A stretch of DNA of 64,000 nt from contig NMRA01000374.1 of assembly GCA_002633005.1 (NCBI GenBank), positions 120,724 to 184,723 on the forward strand, written 5' to 3'. The position numbers and the translations under genes were made by a program. Positions 1 through 12,349 of the stretch are shown piece by piece (position 1 is the first letter of the stretch; each line of letters opens with the position of its first letter). The notes below the pieces were generated by a model, which was not told the DNA's origin, did no database searches, and worked only from the letters and a program-made list of their open reading frames with translations. Origin of the DNA: Phoronis australis. Taxonomy: Eukaryota; Animalia; Phoronida.

Positions 1-1354
1 GTGGTGCTTAAAAACAATGATAAGAGTCTGATTTGTTGGCTAATTTTGCCGTTGGTTGTATGGAATCGTACCTCAAAAGTCTCGCTTAATTGTTGAACAA
101 ATAATAACAATATGAAAACGAAGCAATGAAATTAGGCTTCAATCGATTCGATAATAACAAAACTTGATCAGAACCTGGGAGTAATATACATAGGGAGTTT
201 TGATATTGGTCCTAGTCAGAACTCAGTCTATCAGGCAGCCGCAAATTCTCAGTGCAAACCCTCGCGGCTAGTTTCGGGGTCGCATACGCTCTTTCACGGT
301 GCTACGAAACTTTTCAGTATAGGTGGCGCTGTGTCAGAGGATAGGGGTGGCAAGCTCTAATAAAATAATTCATAGGTCACGTGCAGGAGTTGGCATTCCA
401 GCGCTAGAGTTCTATGATTAACAAAGTTTGTGCTTCGTTCAAGCAAACAGAAATTCGGATACGTACTTTCAACGCACTAATGGGGATGTTTTGTAAACAG
501 CTCGTTAGAAAGTGTACCAGAGAGACTCCGGAACTGCACCCCAATTAAAAGTGAACCACTTCGCGGACGACGCATTACACGAATAAGGGGAACTTATTTA
601 CCGTACTTGTAATAACCAGTAAAGAATGACAGTAGACTACCACCCTAAGATAATATGCGAATTCATAAATGACACCCCATTAAAGATCAAAATCAGGTGC
701 AGGTAAAACAAGTGTCGACTGCAGTAGACTAGGGGAGGGGGGGGGGTTACATTCACATTTGTCGTTAGTCGGCCACTTTCTATTACGAGGCCTCCGTCGG
801 CATACCTGTTAATGGTTAATACACTTTTGAGTTGTATGCATGGGGGCATGTGACAACATGGTTGAATTCAGTCAGGATCTTTAATTTTAAGTAATGGGTA
901 GGTCGAGTTCCTGGCCGGAATCCCACGCGTACATAATCGGTGATCGCGTAGTCTACGGGCATGAAAACAATTCTCTCCTGGCGTACGTGATAAGTTTTCT
1001 GACGCAATAAATCCTGGTTGCCAATTGTTTTTGATTCTACAGAGATTTCAATTTCTGAATAGAAAATGTGTGTTCTGGATTTTTCCGCTTCAGCTAGTGC
1101 ACAGCACGGTGTTTTTACTATCCTGTGGAGGCTCCACTGCAACGAACCACTTCTGGTATAATCTTCCGTAAATGACGTTCGTATTTTGCACATTTCTTCG
1201 GGGTAACAGTTTTCCAAGAGCTACATATTCATTGGACAACTTTCTGTTTGGTATTCGGTTTTATTTTCTTTCTCAGGTAGTCCTTGAGCTCATGCTCTGA
1301 ATGTTTCGAAAACGCAACTCTTTCTTTACGCAGATAAGTTTTCTGCCCGTGGGC

Positions 1355-2217
1355 TATGGCGTGTTATGTGTTGCAAAATTCAATGTTCAAAAAAATTAGG
1401 TTTGATGTAATTATATGTATTGGATATCTTATATTTATGTTTGATCTTCTTATATTTATATTTGATCTTATATTCAATGTTATGTACATTTATGTTTCAT
1501 AAGATTATATGTATTCAATGTCCATTGCTATTGTATTCAATGTTTTGAAAATTTCTGTTCGATGTTTTCCGGTTACATTCGATAATGGAACTCTGGGTAA
1601 ATTGAAACGACGGCTGCGATTGGTCAGCTGTGTTGAGACGTTATTTACCCGAGCGTCCTCCTTCGGCATAGAGAGACGATTGTTGTTTGCCTTGGAGACT
1701 GCAGACGTTGGCTGTCCCGGCCCATATGGCGGTGATCGGGCCAATGAGGTCGCAACATGAATATTCAGCGGCCCTTCTACGGCCGATACAAGGGAAAATA
1801 GGCATCTATCTGTTGCATAGCATCACTAACCACCTCTGAATTGCCTGAACTGAATTCGTGTTCACAAATATCAATGAAATGGGCTAAATTGTCGAAAAAA
1901 TGAGGAAGCAACTCTTCTTCGGTAGCCGCCATTTATTTAATTCCAGGAACCAATCAGGGACGTCGTTTCATAATACCCATAATTCCGTTATTGAACGTAT
2001 CAAAAGAAACATCGAACACATAAAACGAAACATCGAACATATAAAATGAAACATCGAACATATTTACTAAGTTATCGCACATAAGCATTTTCATTATGGA
2101 ATACAAATATTTTGACATCAAATGTACATCAAATATAAATGTAAGGTATCGAATACACATAATTACATTAAACCTAATTTTTTGAACATTGAATTTCGCA
2201 ACACATAACACGCCATA
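1355..2217. mobile_element. IS3EU-like non-autonomous foldback element (long TIRs)
   Basis: Termini TATGGCG...CGCCATA; imperfect inverted repeats of ~270 bp (1355-1625 vs ~1950-2217); exact 6-bp TSD GTGGGC at 1349-1354 and 2218-2223. TAY..RTA ends with a 6-bp TSD fit IS3EU. Confidence 0.75.
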
Positions 2218-2297
2218 GTGGGCACCGACTCGCTGAATTCATCAACTAAACATTTATTTTTGAAATTGCCCTCAAACATGTACTTTTTTAAAACACC

Positions 2298-2507
2298 TGT
2301 TCACGAAAACAACAACGGATTTAAAACTTGACATGTTTCGGTGTCATTTATTAAACACCATCCTCAGAAGTCATAATACAGTGGCCACCTAGCTAGGCCC
2401 AGCAACAAGTAATGAAGCACAGATACAGTCAGTTACAGGGAGTGACAATGAACTATACCAACAATGACAACCTGTGGTGTTCACGAAAACAACAACGGAT
2501 TTAAAAC
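2298..2507 (-). mobile_element. Penelope-like element pLTR/tail fragment
   Basis: Reverse complement of the Penelope tail at ~38352-38525; 30-bp direct repeat TGTTCACGAAAACAACAACGGATTTAAAAC at both ends. Confidence 0.8.
2326..2371 (-). ncRNA. Minimal type I hammerhead ribozyme (Penelope-associated)
   Basis: Minus strand reads ACTT-CTGAGGA-TGGTGT(ttaataaatg)ACACC-GAAA-CATGTC-AAGT: CUGANGA and GAAA cores, helix II, GUC cleavage triplet, ACTT/AAGT helix I. Confidence 0.8.
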
Positions 2508-3177
2508 ATCGTGTTGACCATAGTCGTCAGTGTAGAAAAGCGAAATTAACAAATTTGTACACACTGCTCAAAGTACTTTTGTGGACATACGGAAACGCCA
2601 ACGTCTCTGTCTTACAACGCTGCGTGTGCTTGGCATTTCTGATAAAACGCTCTCATGCTGGAAACTTTTTTAAGACTGAGCACCGCTTCAAAAATTGTAT
2701 TTTTCTTACAGCTGAGCACAGAAGAATTATTCTGCGATTTTAAGACTGAAACGGAAGCAAATCTCGAGTGGTGACTCATTAGAATGTGCAAAACTCGGGG
2801 AGGAGGGGGGGNGCGATACAAGCATGATTTTTTTATTTTCGTGCCGAACATTTAGTTGCCACTTCTCATTCAGCGTCACTTACAACCTAAGGTGACCAGA
2901 TCATAGTTACGCTATAAATCACCAGACGCTTTGCTTCTCAAAAGTGCACTTTGACGTATTTTCTGTCATTTTTTGCCATCGCAATAGCTTTACCAAAGAT
3001 TCACGCACATATGCCGCGTAGAGACTAATACCTCTTAACCACGTATTCACATCTTCCCGTTCACAACTGTTTTATTTTACATAACTTGTACATACCACAA
3101 TATTAGCCTCGAGTGACAGATACAACCGTGTAATAACCCATAAAGTTATCTCACTAGTGAGATAACATTTTGGCGGG

Positions 3178-3252
3178 AAACCGAAGCCGGATTCGAACCC
3201 GGGCCTCAAGAGTTTGGAGTCGCCGACTTTACCACTGCACCACTCAGCGACT
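3178..3252 (-). pseudogene. tRNA-derived sequence (SINE head or tRNA pseudogene, Trp-like CCA loop)
   Basis: A-box TGGTGCAGTGG, loop CTCCAAA, B-box GGTTCGAATCC; anticodon and acceptor stems pair poorly, so not a functional tRNA. Confidence 0.55.
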
Positions 3253-3706
3253 GACGTCATCGAACGTGCGATAATTCTTCAAAATCCACTCGGGCTCTAG
3301 ATAACTGGGCATAACGACTTCGCCATGTAGTAATCTATTTATGTTGTTGACAGAAAATATTTATTTTTGGAACAACTTGAACGACCAACTGGTAGCGGAC
3401 TACGTGTACATGTAACTAGCCCAGATTTTAACGTCACCGATACATGAAAACGGAATGCGCAAAGCTACAATTGGCTGTAGCCTCAACAGTGGTCTTTCCG
3501 TGTTTGATGTCACCGTCTTAGTTCGTGGAAATCGTAACCATAGCATGATTTCGAAGTTAGAGCCATCGAAGTCCGTGGGTTTAGGGCATACTGGACCGTG
3601 AATTTCGCGTCTGTACTGCAAGGGTCAATATTATGAAAATAAAATCCCCGGAGGGGTAGCTCTTTGGGATGTAACAACTCACTCACTAATCCATCATCAT
3701 GGGTGC

Positions 3707-3770
3707 TGGTCGGCTGACGGCCGGTCGGCTGAAGGGTCGGCTGAAGGGTCGGCTGAAGGGTCGGCTGGGG
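3707..3770. repeat. 12-bp minisatellite (GGTCGGCTGAAG)n
   Basis: 4-5 tandem copies, with GC-rich GACCGGTCG palindromes continuing to ~3890; explains the QPTL-repeat ORF. Confidence 0.8.
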
Positions 3771-5185
3771 AGCCGCCTTATGAGTCGGCACTGCGGGTGG
3801 CTGCCGGTCCGCTAATTTTTAGCCGACCGGTCGGCTAATTTGCTGACCGGTCGACGGCCAGTCGTCGACCAATTTCCGACCGGGCGGACAAAAATTCGTG
3901 ATGTGTGCTGTACGCTACCGAATAAGGCAATGTCTACCCACCAAATAAATCAGAGACCGACTGTTACCGAACGTCTCCCGCGAACCTCGGCGAAAAAATC
4001 CTGAAAGCCAACAACACGGGCCGGTCTATACTAGCAAAGTGGCCGAGATCAAAATGATTAAGAAGGTGATTTTATAGTGGTTTTTAACGTCATTAGACTA
4101 CTTGTGTCTGCAGAAAACCATTTTCAAGAAATTACCTGAGCTAGCAAACCCGAGAACACTCCTTGGCGCAGTCCGACGCCGTATATACTGGCGTTGGTAA
4201 AATGAGGTTGGGTGCCTGGGAATTTCCTGTAAAACGGTCAAGCGGTCTACAATGATGATTTCTGCTGCCAACAGGATCGAATTTTCTCGGTGTCTACTTG
4301 CAGCTAAGTTCATTGAAGCATTCTCATTTCTACAAGATTAGCTTCTAATTGTCAAAATATCATCCGTCAATCAGTCCCCTTTCATAGATACATAAACATG
4401 TAAATCAGAAACCAACAATCAAATCCACGTTTACCTTGATTTAATGGCTTCATCTCTTTTGATCCCCTGTTGGTGAGTTTGAACAACAAAACTTGTTCCG
4501 GAGTCAAAAAGCAACGTGTTTATTGACATTTGAATTGTGAGTAAATTTTTGGGAAGTATTCAAATTTCATCAATGTCTTTATTATAGATAGGCAAAAAGC
4601 GTCTAGGTGCACTTTAGTATTTGAGAATCTGGTTATAGACTTTTTCCATATCCAGGCTTCAACTAAATCCCCTGAATATCCGTCGTTTCTTAAAAGATTA
4701 GCTTCTAATTGCCAAAAATCATCTATTAACTTGTCGGTTTTCGTAGATACATAAGCATGTAAATCAGAAACCAACGAATTCATTAATCAAAACGGAAATC
4801 AATGTTGTAAGCAATGTTCGCAGCCATGTCCTCAGATTTTTGGGAGATTGGGCATTCATGGTAAGGTGTATTTTTGCTCATTTCCTAGGTACCTATAACA
4901 GTTCACGTGTTTAACTTGAACTCCCCAAAAATCTTAAATGTTTGTTTATTATTGGGAGTATTATTGTGAGTACACTCGTTCACCTATACAGCAGTGTTTT
5001 CTACATGTGGGAATTCCTTACACACAACTCATAGTAACCACTTTCAAAAGAGATACTATTGTTGTGATACTATGGGAAATAGTAAAATTATTTTATAATT
5101 ACATTATTTTTGGCCATAGTACGATTAGAAAACGGACAATCTTTTTTCTCATTTCACCGCATGGATGTGGCTTGAATGGTAATCG

Positions 5186-6833
5186 ACACTTGCAGCCGAT
5201 TTCATAAAGGTGGTTTAACAAAACCGGATTTAAGACTTAAACCTGGTCTAACCTAAATATGGTCTAATTTTAGACCTAACTCACATTTCACCAACACAGT
5301 TTAAATGTCTGAAAATCTGGTTTTGTTAGACCATAGCTGGTTTAGTAAAACCAGCCTTCCGTTCAGTAACGCTAGGACCTCGCTAAAAAGCAAGACTTCG
5401 CGAGATTACGTGAGATATTGCCGTGTATTTCAAATGAGAACACGTGACCTTGACTAGATTTTAGCTAGGTCCTAGCGTAGGTCCTAGCGTCTACTGAACG
5501 CACGCCCGGTTTAAAGTATCCGAGCCACCCTACTGTGTTGATCCGGATTAACCCAACAAAGCAACTATTGAAGTGTTTCAATGAAACCTTGATCACGTGG
5601 GTACACAATGGCACACAGCAGTAGAATCAGTGCAGACACTTGCAAAAAAGGGCTAAAAGCTTTTCTCACGAGGAAAATTGTTCCCTCCCATAACTGATCA
5701 GATAAAAAGCCAATGTCATAGTCGAGAACAAGAAAACTGGTGCCAAATCAAGTCAACGTCAGCAGGAGGCTTGGAGAGATATTGATCCAGAATAAAGGCC
5801 AGAAAGAAAATTTCATCACTGAAAAATTGTGCCCAGAAAAACGGCAAACAGCACACGTACACACATTAAAGTACTTGGTCACGATTAACCGCAACATAGT
5901 AAAAGAAAATGCACACATTTATTTCTGTGTCATTTAACTTTTTTGCGGCCAAAGGGCGGCGTAGCACAGGGGTGGATCCAGGATTTTGAGTTTTGGGGGG
6001 CCAGGGCAGAGTATTAACTATGATTTTGCCCGTCAGACATTCGCACCCCCGAACTGCCAAATGCAATCTGGGATAATTTTAGGGGGGAACATGGCCCCCC
6101 ACAAAATTCACCAGTGGGGCAACCTTAAATCGGGGACCAATTGAGATGGAACTCGGTCAGAATAATCATTAGATGCCTTTTTAGACATACGCGTAGCGCT
6201 TGCGACGATGACGCTTTCCTCGAATCGTCATATTCTGAGGAATCTGAAGGATACCCTTCAGTACGAACTGGTCTAAATATACGTATACTTGGGCGGATCC
6301 AGGGGCTCCAGCGGGCCCGACCCCCTTTTTCCTGTAATTTAGTTATATCAAATCTATAATTTTCAAATTGTTGACGCAAAACCTTCCTTTTAAAAATCCT
6401 TGATGCGCCCCCTCCCCTTTAAAAATTCTTGATCTCCTTTGTCACGTTTTATCTTCTGTCGTCCTGAAACTAAATATTGAAGATAGTCCGGTCCCCCTCG
6501 AAAACTTCGTCGTAAATGCAAACCACAGCATCATCCAATTGCACCTATATCGTACAAGTCTGCCCTATTTAATAGTATTAAACCTGGGTCTGACCAAGTC
6601 TAAAGTTAAAACTGGTGTAAGATCTTAATACAGGTATAAGTAATTTATACCTCGTTGGTGAAATGATAACTGACTTATTCCAGGTCTAAACCGGAGTTCA
6701 ACCAGGTTTTACTAGACCACTGCTCTAGAAGTTAAACCCCTTCATAAAACTCAGATTATCTTTTTATCTGGTCTAACTACAGTTTAAACCAGGTTTAACT
6801 TTAAACCATCTTTATGAAATCGGCTGCAAGTGT
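5186..6833. mobile_element. PIF/Harbinger-like deleted element with Myb/SANT remnant
   Basis: TIRs ACACTTGCAGCCGATTTCATAAAG / CTTTATGAAATCGGCTGCAAGTGT; AAACCWGGT-rich subterminal repeats; + strand ~5645-5785 reads KRAKSFSHEE...IVENKKTGAKSSQRQQEAWRDI (Myb/SANT-like, Harbinger ORF2); possible transposase N-terminal remnant on - strand ~6130-6290. Confidence 0.7.
5355..5505. mobile_element. ~150-bp MITE, copy 1 (nested in Harbinger element)
   Basis: Inverted ends CGTTCAGTA(.)ACGCTAGGACCT / AGGTCCTAGCGTCTACTGAACG; near-identical copy at 60024-60174. Confidence 0.8.
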
Positions 6834-8049
6834 TTTCTCTCCAAAAATTGGTCCATATAGGTCTTTCTGCCATTCTTGTTGGAAGACGGTTGCCAAAGTG
6901 TCGTTAAATGTCCGGTTGCGCTTGCCAGGAGTTTTTCAACAAGACATTTTGGGTGTGAAAATTATGTTACAGTATTTTATAGAAAGAAGTTACATTTGGT
7001 CTTAAAAATTAGTCCTTAAACAGGCGTGTTTAAGTACATGTAACTTTGTAATTCTGAAGTATTTACCTATAACTACTGATATCTATAGTACTTTACTCAA
7101 TCCGTGAAATTTCAATAAATTAAAAAGTTTACCTTGTAAAAGAACCTAATCCAGCTCTTCGTTTTACCGACAGCGTATTTTATTTGCCAATTGCCCCACT
7201 CTTTGCGGACTGTTCCACTTTTTGATTTTTTGCGCCATTCTGTCACACCATCTAAAAGTCTTGACGCACGGCCAAATTTACATACTTATATACTTTTGTA
7301 ATTTCCCACGCGACATAGGCATATTTTCCAACTCAACTAAAAACGGGACTGTTTCGAAATCTCACTTTACTACACTAGCTGCTGTCTTAAGTATCACATA
7401 ATGGGAGTGTTTTTTGACAGTTCCTGGTATTCCAAAGTTATATATTAGCGTTATCAGCTATTTTCAAAAATGCTTACTATTCGCCATCATCCATTTGGCA
7501 CTCAGTGTGACGCTATTGCTGATTTATGCAAGGAGGGAGTTCAGTAGACGCGAAAGTATTACCGACACTCAAAAATCCCCCAGGAACTGCAAACTAAAGA
7601 ACATGATCACTCCACCTTCCTTATCGAAACTGTCCCATGATTTAACCGGGGTCTTCCTTATTTAATATTGAACCTCGGTAGCACGTTTTCCGTTACGCAA
7701 AATTGGTTAAATACACGACAATCTTTATTCCATTCCGTTCGTATCCTCAGAACTGTTATGTTATTGGATAAGGTGCGATTACTTCATAATCAGACGATAT
7801 AAGTCATAGTAAAATTCTATTGTCTTAACACATTAACATCATACAGGAAAAAGAGCTGCATTATGGATCAGGCCCAATGGAACTAAAGCTAACAGGTCTT
7901 AGTAATAAATATTACGAAGTCTCCCCCTTTTGAAGACACACAGAGTTACGAAGCTTGTGTAAAAAAGTCTAATGTCCTTTAAACTACGACGGCAAATGTT
8001 CCGTGTAACACTTAATGTGTTTTAAAACTAATTAAACAAAATGTTCCGT

Positions 8050-11000
8050 TCACAAGTCCATCCGCTGAGGTTTCCGCACATCACGTCCAGTTCGGGTAGT
8101 CTCAGGAGTATTGGTAGGAGTTTCGTCAGGGATATTTGGCTCTTGTGGCATCGATATGTCGAGTTCGGTCTGCTGGTCAATACTGAGCTGTTCTGAAGTT
8201 GCGACGGAAGGCTTCTCGGTTGGTTGCCACCTTGTATGATCGGGGTGTGGCTTCCTGACTGATAACCTTTCCAGGTTCCCACATCTTGTTAGCTGTACTG
8301 AGCAGGCGTATGTTGTCGTTCGGATATAGTGGGGGTAACTGTTTTGAACCTGAGAAGTTGCGCTTCTGTGCCTCTTGGCGCATTGGAGTTCTTCATTGGT
8401 CTTGCCGTTTTCCTTCGTAGGCAAAGTAGGTAGCATGGTGCGATACTTTCTGCTGTTGAGTAGTTCACTTGGAGAAGGTCTGGAGTTTTGTGGTCAATCG
8501 GCGTTGATCGCAGGAACAGTAATGCCAAGTGGGGATCGCTGCCTATTCGAAGGCCTTGGTGAACAGATTCTTGACTGTCTGCACCATTCTTTCGATGAGC
8601 CCGTTCGCTTGAGGAAACATCTGTGATGTCGAAAGATGTTCCAATTCGTACACTTACGCGAACTGTTTGAACTCGTACGATGAGAACTGTGGTCCTTTGT
8701 CTGAGACGATCTTCTCGGGGAGACCGTGTTCATCAAATATAGTCTTCAAGCGATTGATGATTGATGACATAACCGGACGTAGTTGAGTGCAGTCTTCATA
8801 CGACGTGAAACTTGCTGCACACATCAGCGACTAAGAGTCCTTCTGCTGCCAGTAGAATAGGTCTATACAAAGTGTGTGCCACGGTCTGGGTGGAATGTCT
8901 AGTGGTAACAGAGGTTCTTTGGCGTTTGCACTCTGGTGAGCTTGGCACTATGCACAATTGGACACAATGGCGTCGATGTTCTTGTTGACATCATCCCAGA
9001 ATACTGACGCTCGGGCTCGTAGTCGGCACTTCTCGATTCCTTGATGGGCATATTGGATCTGCTTGAGCACTGTTTGGCGTAGTTGATCGTGGCATGACTA
9101 TACGTCTTCTTTTGACGATGATGCCATCTTCAACTCCCAACTCGTCTCTCAAGTTCCAGTATCCATGCAGAGTGGCGGGGCATTCATCTATGGCAATCAT
9201 GTTTTATAGCACCATCATCTCAGGGTCCTTCGCCGTCTCATTGCGAATCTGAGTTAAACGAGTATGAATGATGTTCAGTTGGAGTTGTATTTCTTGTACA
9301 TTTATGTCGAATCCTGGGATTGTGTCTGCAGCACATGGGTCTATGCGTGATAGGGCATCTGCTAGTGGAACGTCCTTCTTGCCTACATACACTAAGTTGA
9401 AGTCGTACTTCTGGGCCCTTAGCAGCATACGGACAAGACGGGGCGATGCGTCTGAGACATGTTTCTCCGTAATGGATTCTTGCGGCTTGTGGTCAGAGTT
9501 TACTTGGACATGTCTGTCATTCATATACGTAATGGTGGAAGGCTTCTAGACCAAACACGACCGCCAGATATTCTTTCTCAATATTGGAATAACTTGATTC
9601 GATACTCGATTGGTCCTCTTTCCTGGACAATTGCGGCTCCTAGACGTTTGGATGAGGCGTAGACTTGTACTACTAATGGTTTCGAGTTTTCATAGCACTG
9701 CAGTGTTTCTGGATTGGTAATTAGGGCTTTGACTTGAGCTACTGTCATCTGGTGCTCTGTGACCGGTTGCATGAAACAGTCCCAAATAGGGACTCAACTG
9801 CGGCCCCTAAGTCTTTTTGCACATTTTTGTCTTTATGGACGTACAGGTGCAATATTTTGCTATCATTTCACCTTGATTATGAGCTCCTCTTTGATTAATG
9901 GATTTTTCTAATAACTATAAACTGAGCCCACAGATCATTGAAAATAAATAGGGTCTCAGTCCTTAAATTGGGGATGTTGCATGAAAAGACCCCTAATATT
10001 GACAATTCAACGTAGAGCTCACTCTCGATTTGTATCAAAGTCAAAAGTTGACTTAGTAATGAAACTAAAACAATACAAGACAGGACAATCGATGTTTTCA
10101 CAAGTCCAAAAATACGCAGTAGATTTAGGGACCTTAGTTGAATCCCTATTTGGGACTGTTTCATGCAACCGGCCACAGGTTCCCAGATGAACTCGTTCTT
10201 TTTCTTGATCAGGTCCAACAGTGGTGTGGCTATCAACGCTAACGTGGGAGTGAACTGGCTCAAGAACTGAGTCGTGCCGAGGAAGGTCTGAAGACTTTCG
10301 AGACTTTGTGAATTTTCCATACAGGCGATGGCTTCAGTCTTGCGTGGATCTGGGCGTATGCCATAACGACCGATGATGTGACCGAAAAACGGGATTTCGC
10401 TACACCATATGTGACATTTATTAGCATTGAACTTGATTCCTGTCTGCCGAGCGCGGTCCATGAGAGCATCTAGGTTCACGCCATGGTCACTTCCGTCAGC
10501 CTTCTTTCCGTAGACAATAATGTCGTCCACAACATCTGTAATACCTGTGAGGTCGCCAAATGTTTCATCAACCTTTCGCTGGAACAAGTCTTGCGGGCAG
10601 TTCGGACCAAATGGCAGGCGGAGAAATCTTCTTCTTCCGTAAATGTAGTTGAACGCCGTATATGTGAACTCTCATCACCCAGCTTGATGTTCCAGTACCG
10701 AGAGAATGCGTCAATGATGGAGAAATATTTGGCACCATTGAGCTTGAGCAGTACATCTTACAGAGGTGCCGTGTAATGACGAGGTCTTTTTATGGCTTTG
10801 TTGAGGTCTTTTGATCGAAACAAAGACGTAGTGAACCATTCAATTTGGTGACCCATACCAAGGTATCCACTCAATTAGTTGGGCCATCCTCCTCGGATAT
10901 TAGGCCTTGAGACTCAAGTTTCTCTAGCTCAGCTTTCACTGGCTCACAGAGTGCTTCAGGGATGATTCTCGCGGGCTGAACAACAGGGGAAAGAGTAGGG

Positions 11001-12349
11001 TCGAAAGTGATGTGTGCCTCTCCTTTAAAGCAGCCGGTGCCTTCGAAGATACTTCTTTAGTTTTGTGAAGGATGCTGTAGACACTACGAATGGTCTTGAT
11101 TGACCCGGTGGAGTGTCACTAGGTTCAGGGTTGTTGGTATCGGTCTCTTGAGTGGTGGTCTCGCAGTTCAATGAAATCAGCTGCAAAGCGCGGCATGTCG
11201 GAAGGCCTAGTATGACTGGACCGTCAGCTTCTATAACATGGAAGGTGCAATCTTCACTCCGTGTACCATGTGTCACTGTGAGAGTGCATGCACCATAATG
11301 CTTCAACGCGCTGCCGCCATACACTTCGATGGGTGTTTTGGATGGGTCGGGTCCCGTCATTGCAGGCGCTATGTTCTTCAACTTAGACATGGGATCACGT
11401 TACCTTCCAAGCCAGTGTCGATCTTACAGGGTACGTCACATGTCCTATCACCGGAGGTCAAATGTAAGTTGACAATGGCTTGGGTATCCGGTAGACCACG
11501 TATTTCAATTGAGTGAAAATACAACTCTTCGTCATTCGTATTTACATTCTGTACGCGTGGTTTAGGCTTTGCTCCAGTTTGACGTGATCGTGCTTTACTG
11601 CAACAAACAGTGGCTGAGTGATTCTTCTTGCCACAGGCCAGACATGTAGCACCTTGCGCTGGACACCTGTCATGCTGGGAATTGAGAGTTGCACACCGTC
11701 CGCAGTCATTGGGTGTGTGGGCAGGTTTCTCACCATGCTTCTGGTGTTTTCTGTGCTGCGATTTGGGCTTAGCGGCGTGTGTCGCATGCACAGTTGTGTT
11801 ACTACTGGGGTGTACATCGTAGAGTTGTCGGGCTGTTGTCTCATTTAAGCGAGACAATTCAATGGCTTTGTCAAGGGTAAGCTTGTCAGTCTCTTGTTGC
11901 AGCTTAGCCTGCACATGTCGACTTTGAATGCCAAAGACTAATGCATCAATTATATCGTCGTCGGGTTCACTGTATTGGCATTCAGCAACAAGGAGTCTCG
12001 TGCGCTTCAAGGATGAATCAATTGACTCACCATCTTGTTGTGTCAGGGTTCGCAGCTTAAATCTCGCAACATGGAAATTACTTCTGGGCGTCACATACTC
12101 CTCGAATTTATTCCAGTAAGTGTCCAGTGACTTTGCCTCATCTGCAGTTAATGTCCATGTTTTGTGGATATCACGTCCCTCTTGACCAATCTAAATGAGT
12201 AAATATTTGATCATTTTTGTTTCCTCTAATATCGACAGTGGTCCTTCAAAATATAATTGGCACAGTCCCTTGAAGTTGCTAAATGTCAGTGGCAGGTAGT
12301 TGACTGACCAATTCATGGATGGTTGACTTTATCCTTGTAAACTAGCCAT
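8050..12349 (-). pseudogene. Gypsy gag-pol pseudogene (gag, CCHC knuckle, protease, RT, RNase H, integrase)
   Basis: gag ATG at 12349; C..CGKKNH....C knuckle; protease KIDTG...ILGLPTC; RT VDDIIVYG and FFGHII; RNase H SDHKP, VPLADALSR; integrase-region YWNLRDELGVEDGII and PRSYKV. Many stops and frameshifts. Confidence 0.9.
9760..10175. mobile_element. Harbinger-type MITE inserted in Gypsy pol
   Basis: TIRs (T)GACCGGTTGCATGAAACAGTCCCAAATAGGGA / TCCCTATTTGGGACTGTTTCATGCAACCGGCC(A); CTG/CAG flanks; removing it restores pol FIWEPEHQ. Partial related copy at ~36660-36782. Confidence 0.85.

Noticed and set aside
816-1217. 133-aa ORF
   Set aside because: No recognisable motif, no ATG start, no supporting splice structure.
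3178-3252. Functional tRNA-Trp gene
   Set aside because: Anticodon and acceptor stems do not pair properly; more likely SINE-derived.
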